From positions 60,512,001 through 60,576,000 of the forward strand of contig OX638154.1 of the NCBI GenBank assembly GCA_951804945.1: DNA of 64,000 bases. The letters are read 5' to 3'. The notes beneath the pieces were generated by a model that ran no database searches, was not told the origin of the DNA, and saw nothing but the letters and a program-made list of their open reading frames with translations. Numbering within the stretch: position 1 is the first letter of the stretch; every line of letters begins with the position of its first letter. The position numbers and the translations under genes were made by a program. This stretch comes from Podarcis cretensis (lineage: Eukaryota). Of the stretch, positions 63,106 through 64,000 are shown in pieces.

Positions 63106-63874
63106 GCGTGTCAAGACCCTGAGGCCACCACCCATTGATGAATAAGACACAGGGACACAGATATTAGGTTAATGGTTAGTGGGAAAATTTAGGCCATAAC
63201 TTTATTGGTTACAGAATGTCAGCGGTATTGGCTTAGGCAATGGAATTGACCTGACTATATCTGACTCCGGCCCGCCGTGCAGTGAGTAATGTAAGGGTCA
63301 ACCACCAGTAGGAGGAGCACTGTCAATGCAAATCAACTCACACTCACCCGATAGTGTTGTGGCATAGCCCTACCCCCACCACAGGCTGCGGACAACAAGA
63401 TCCACACCCCCGGATTCCTTTAACAGAATACCCTTAATATTGGAGGGGCAGGTGATGGCCACACCTCCCCTCCCCCAACATAAGTTCAACCAATGCCTAA
63501 TCACAAAACCTTACAAAGTTGTGACGATTGCTACGAGGTAGGCGAAAACCAAATGGCCCAAGCCAATTTGCCAAGTGGAAAAATTCCTACCAGGCCCCTT
63601 AACAGTGACAACCGAGGTCCATAGCAAGGCCAGTGTCGGTACCTGAAAATAGGGAGGTCAGGGTGGAAGATCGGCAAACCGAGCCGGAAGGGAGCTCCCT
63701 GGCTCATGCCGAGGCTTAAATGGTCGTGGCCATGCCCTCCGACCAGCCAGATTGGCTATTGGAGCTATGACCCAGCTGGGACCACCAAATGATGCTGGAT
63801 GCAGTCCCACCAACCCCAGAAAGGAGTGGGTGGCCGCGTAGACTGACCGCAACTCCTCCCCACCTGGAAGTACT
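63106..63874 (-). mobile_element. Non-coding ~770-bp Ngaro/DIRS-related unit (solo promoter + 3' repeat)
   Basis: On the minus strand: CCAAT x2 (63751-63762), TTTAAG, AATAAA (63201-63206), terminus GGTCTTGACACGC. Shares motifs with the 3' end of 8844-11888. No TSD in the host CR1. Confidence 0.75.
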
Positions 63875-64000
63875 CACATGTACTACTGGCAAGCCAGGTG
63901 TCCCCCATCTATCATATATTTGTGCATCTGGTTCTTCCTGCATAAGTGCAGAACTTTACATTTGTCCCTATTGATATTCATTTTGTTAGTTTTGGCCCAG

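Larger units (their letters stand above)
62343..64000 (-). mobile_element. CR1 LINE fragment hosting two nested insertions
   Basis: CAGAATCACAGAA tail and [35 protein letters not shown]1 text breaks after GATCCTTTT (63105) and resumes at CACATGTACTACTGG (63875). Confidence 0.88.

Overview
Vertebrate (squamate, most likely lacertid lizard) genomic DNA. The window is AT-rich and dense in reptile repeats: Sauria SINEs, a Squam3-like SINE, L1, L2, CR1, BovB, Penelope, and Tc1/pogo/hAT MITEs. It covers a CpG-island promoter (~57.95-59.2 kb) and the first introns of a large minus-strand gene. Only apparent 5'-UTR exons of that gene are visible: exon 1 ending at 58393, and candidate exons 52354-52495, 34957-35042 and 30373-30489. 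No main host CDS was found and gene identity is not established; the exon sizes loosely resemble the NCOA1 leader as I recall it, unverified. Most notable observations: (1) two related tyrosine-recombinase (Ngaro/DIRS-type) retroelement relics, one with YR and SGNH-hydrolase remnants (8844-11888) and one non-coding 'solo' unit (63106-63874), sharing a 24-nt motif and compensated hairpins; (2) a minimal hammerhead ribozyme core in a Penelope fragment (34648-34683); (3) a splice-assembled uORF in the host leader; (4) inverted young repeats flanking the leader exons. Nearly all ORFs in the supplied track are spurious. The exceptions are the L1 ORF2 C-terminus and L2, CR1 and Ngaro fragments.
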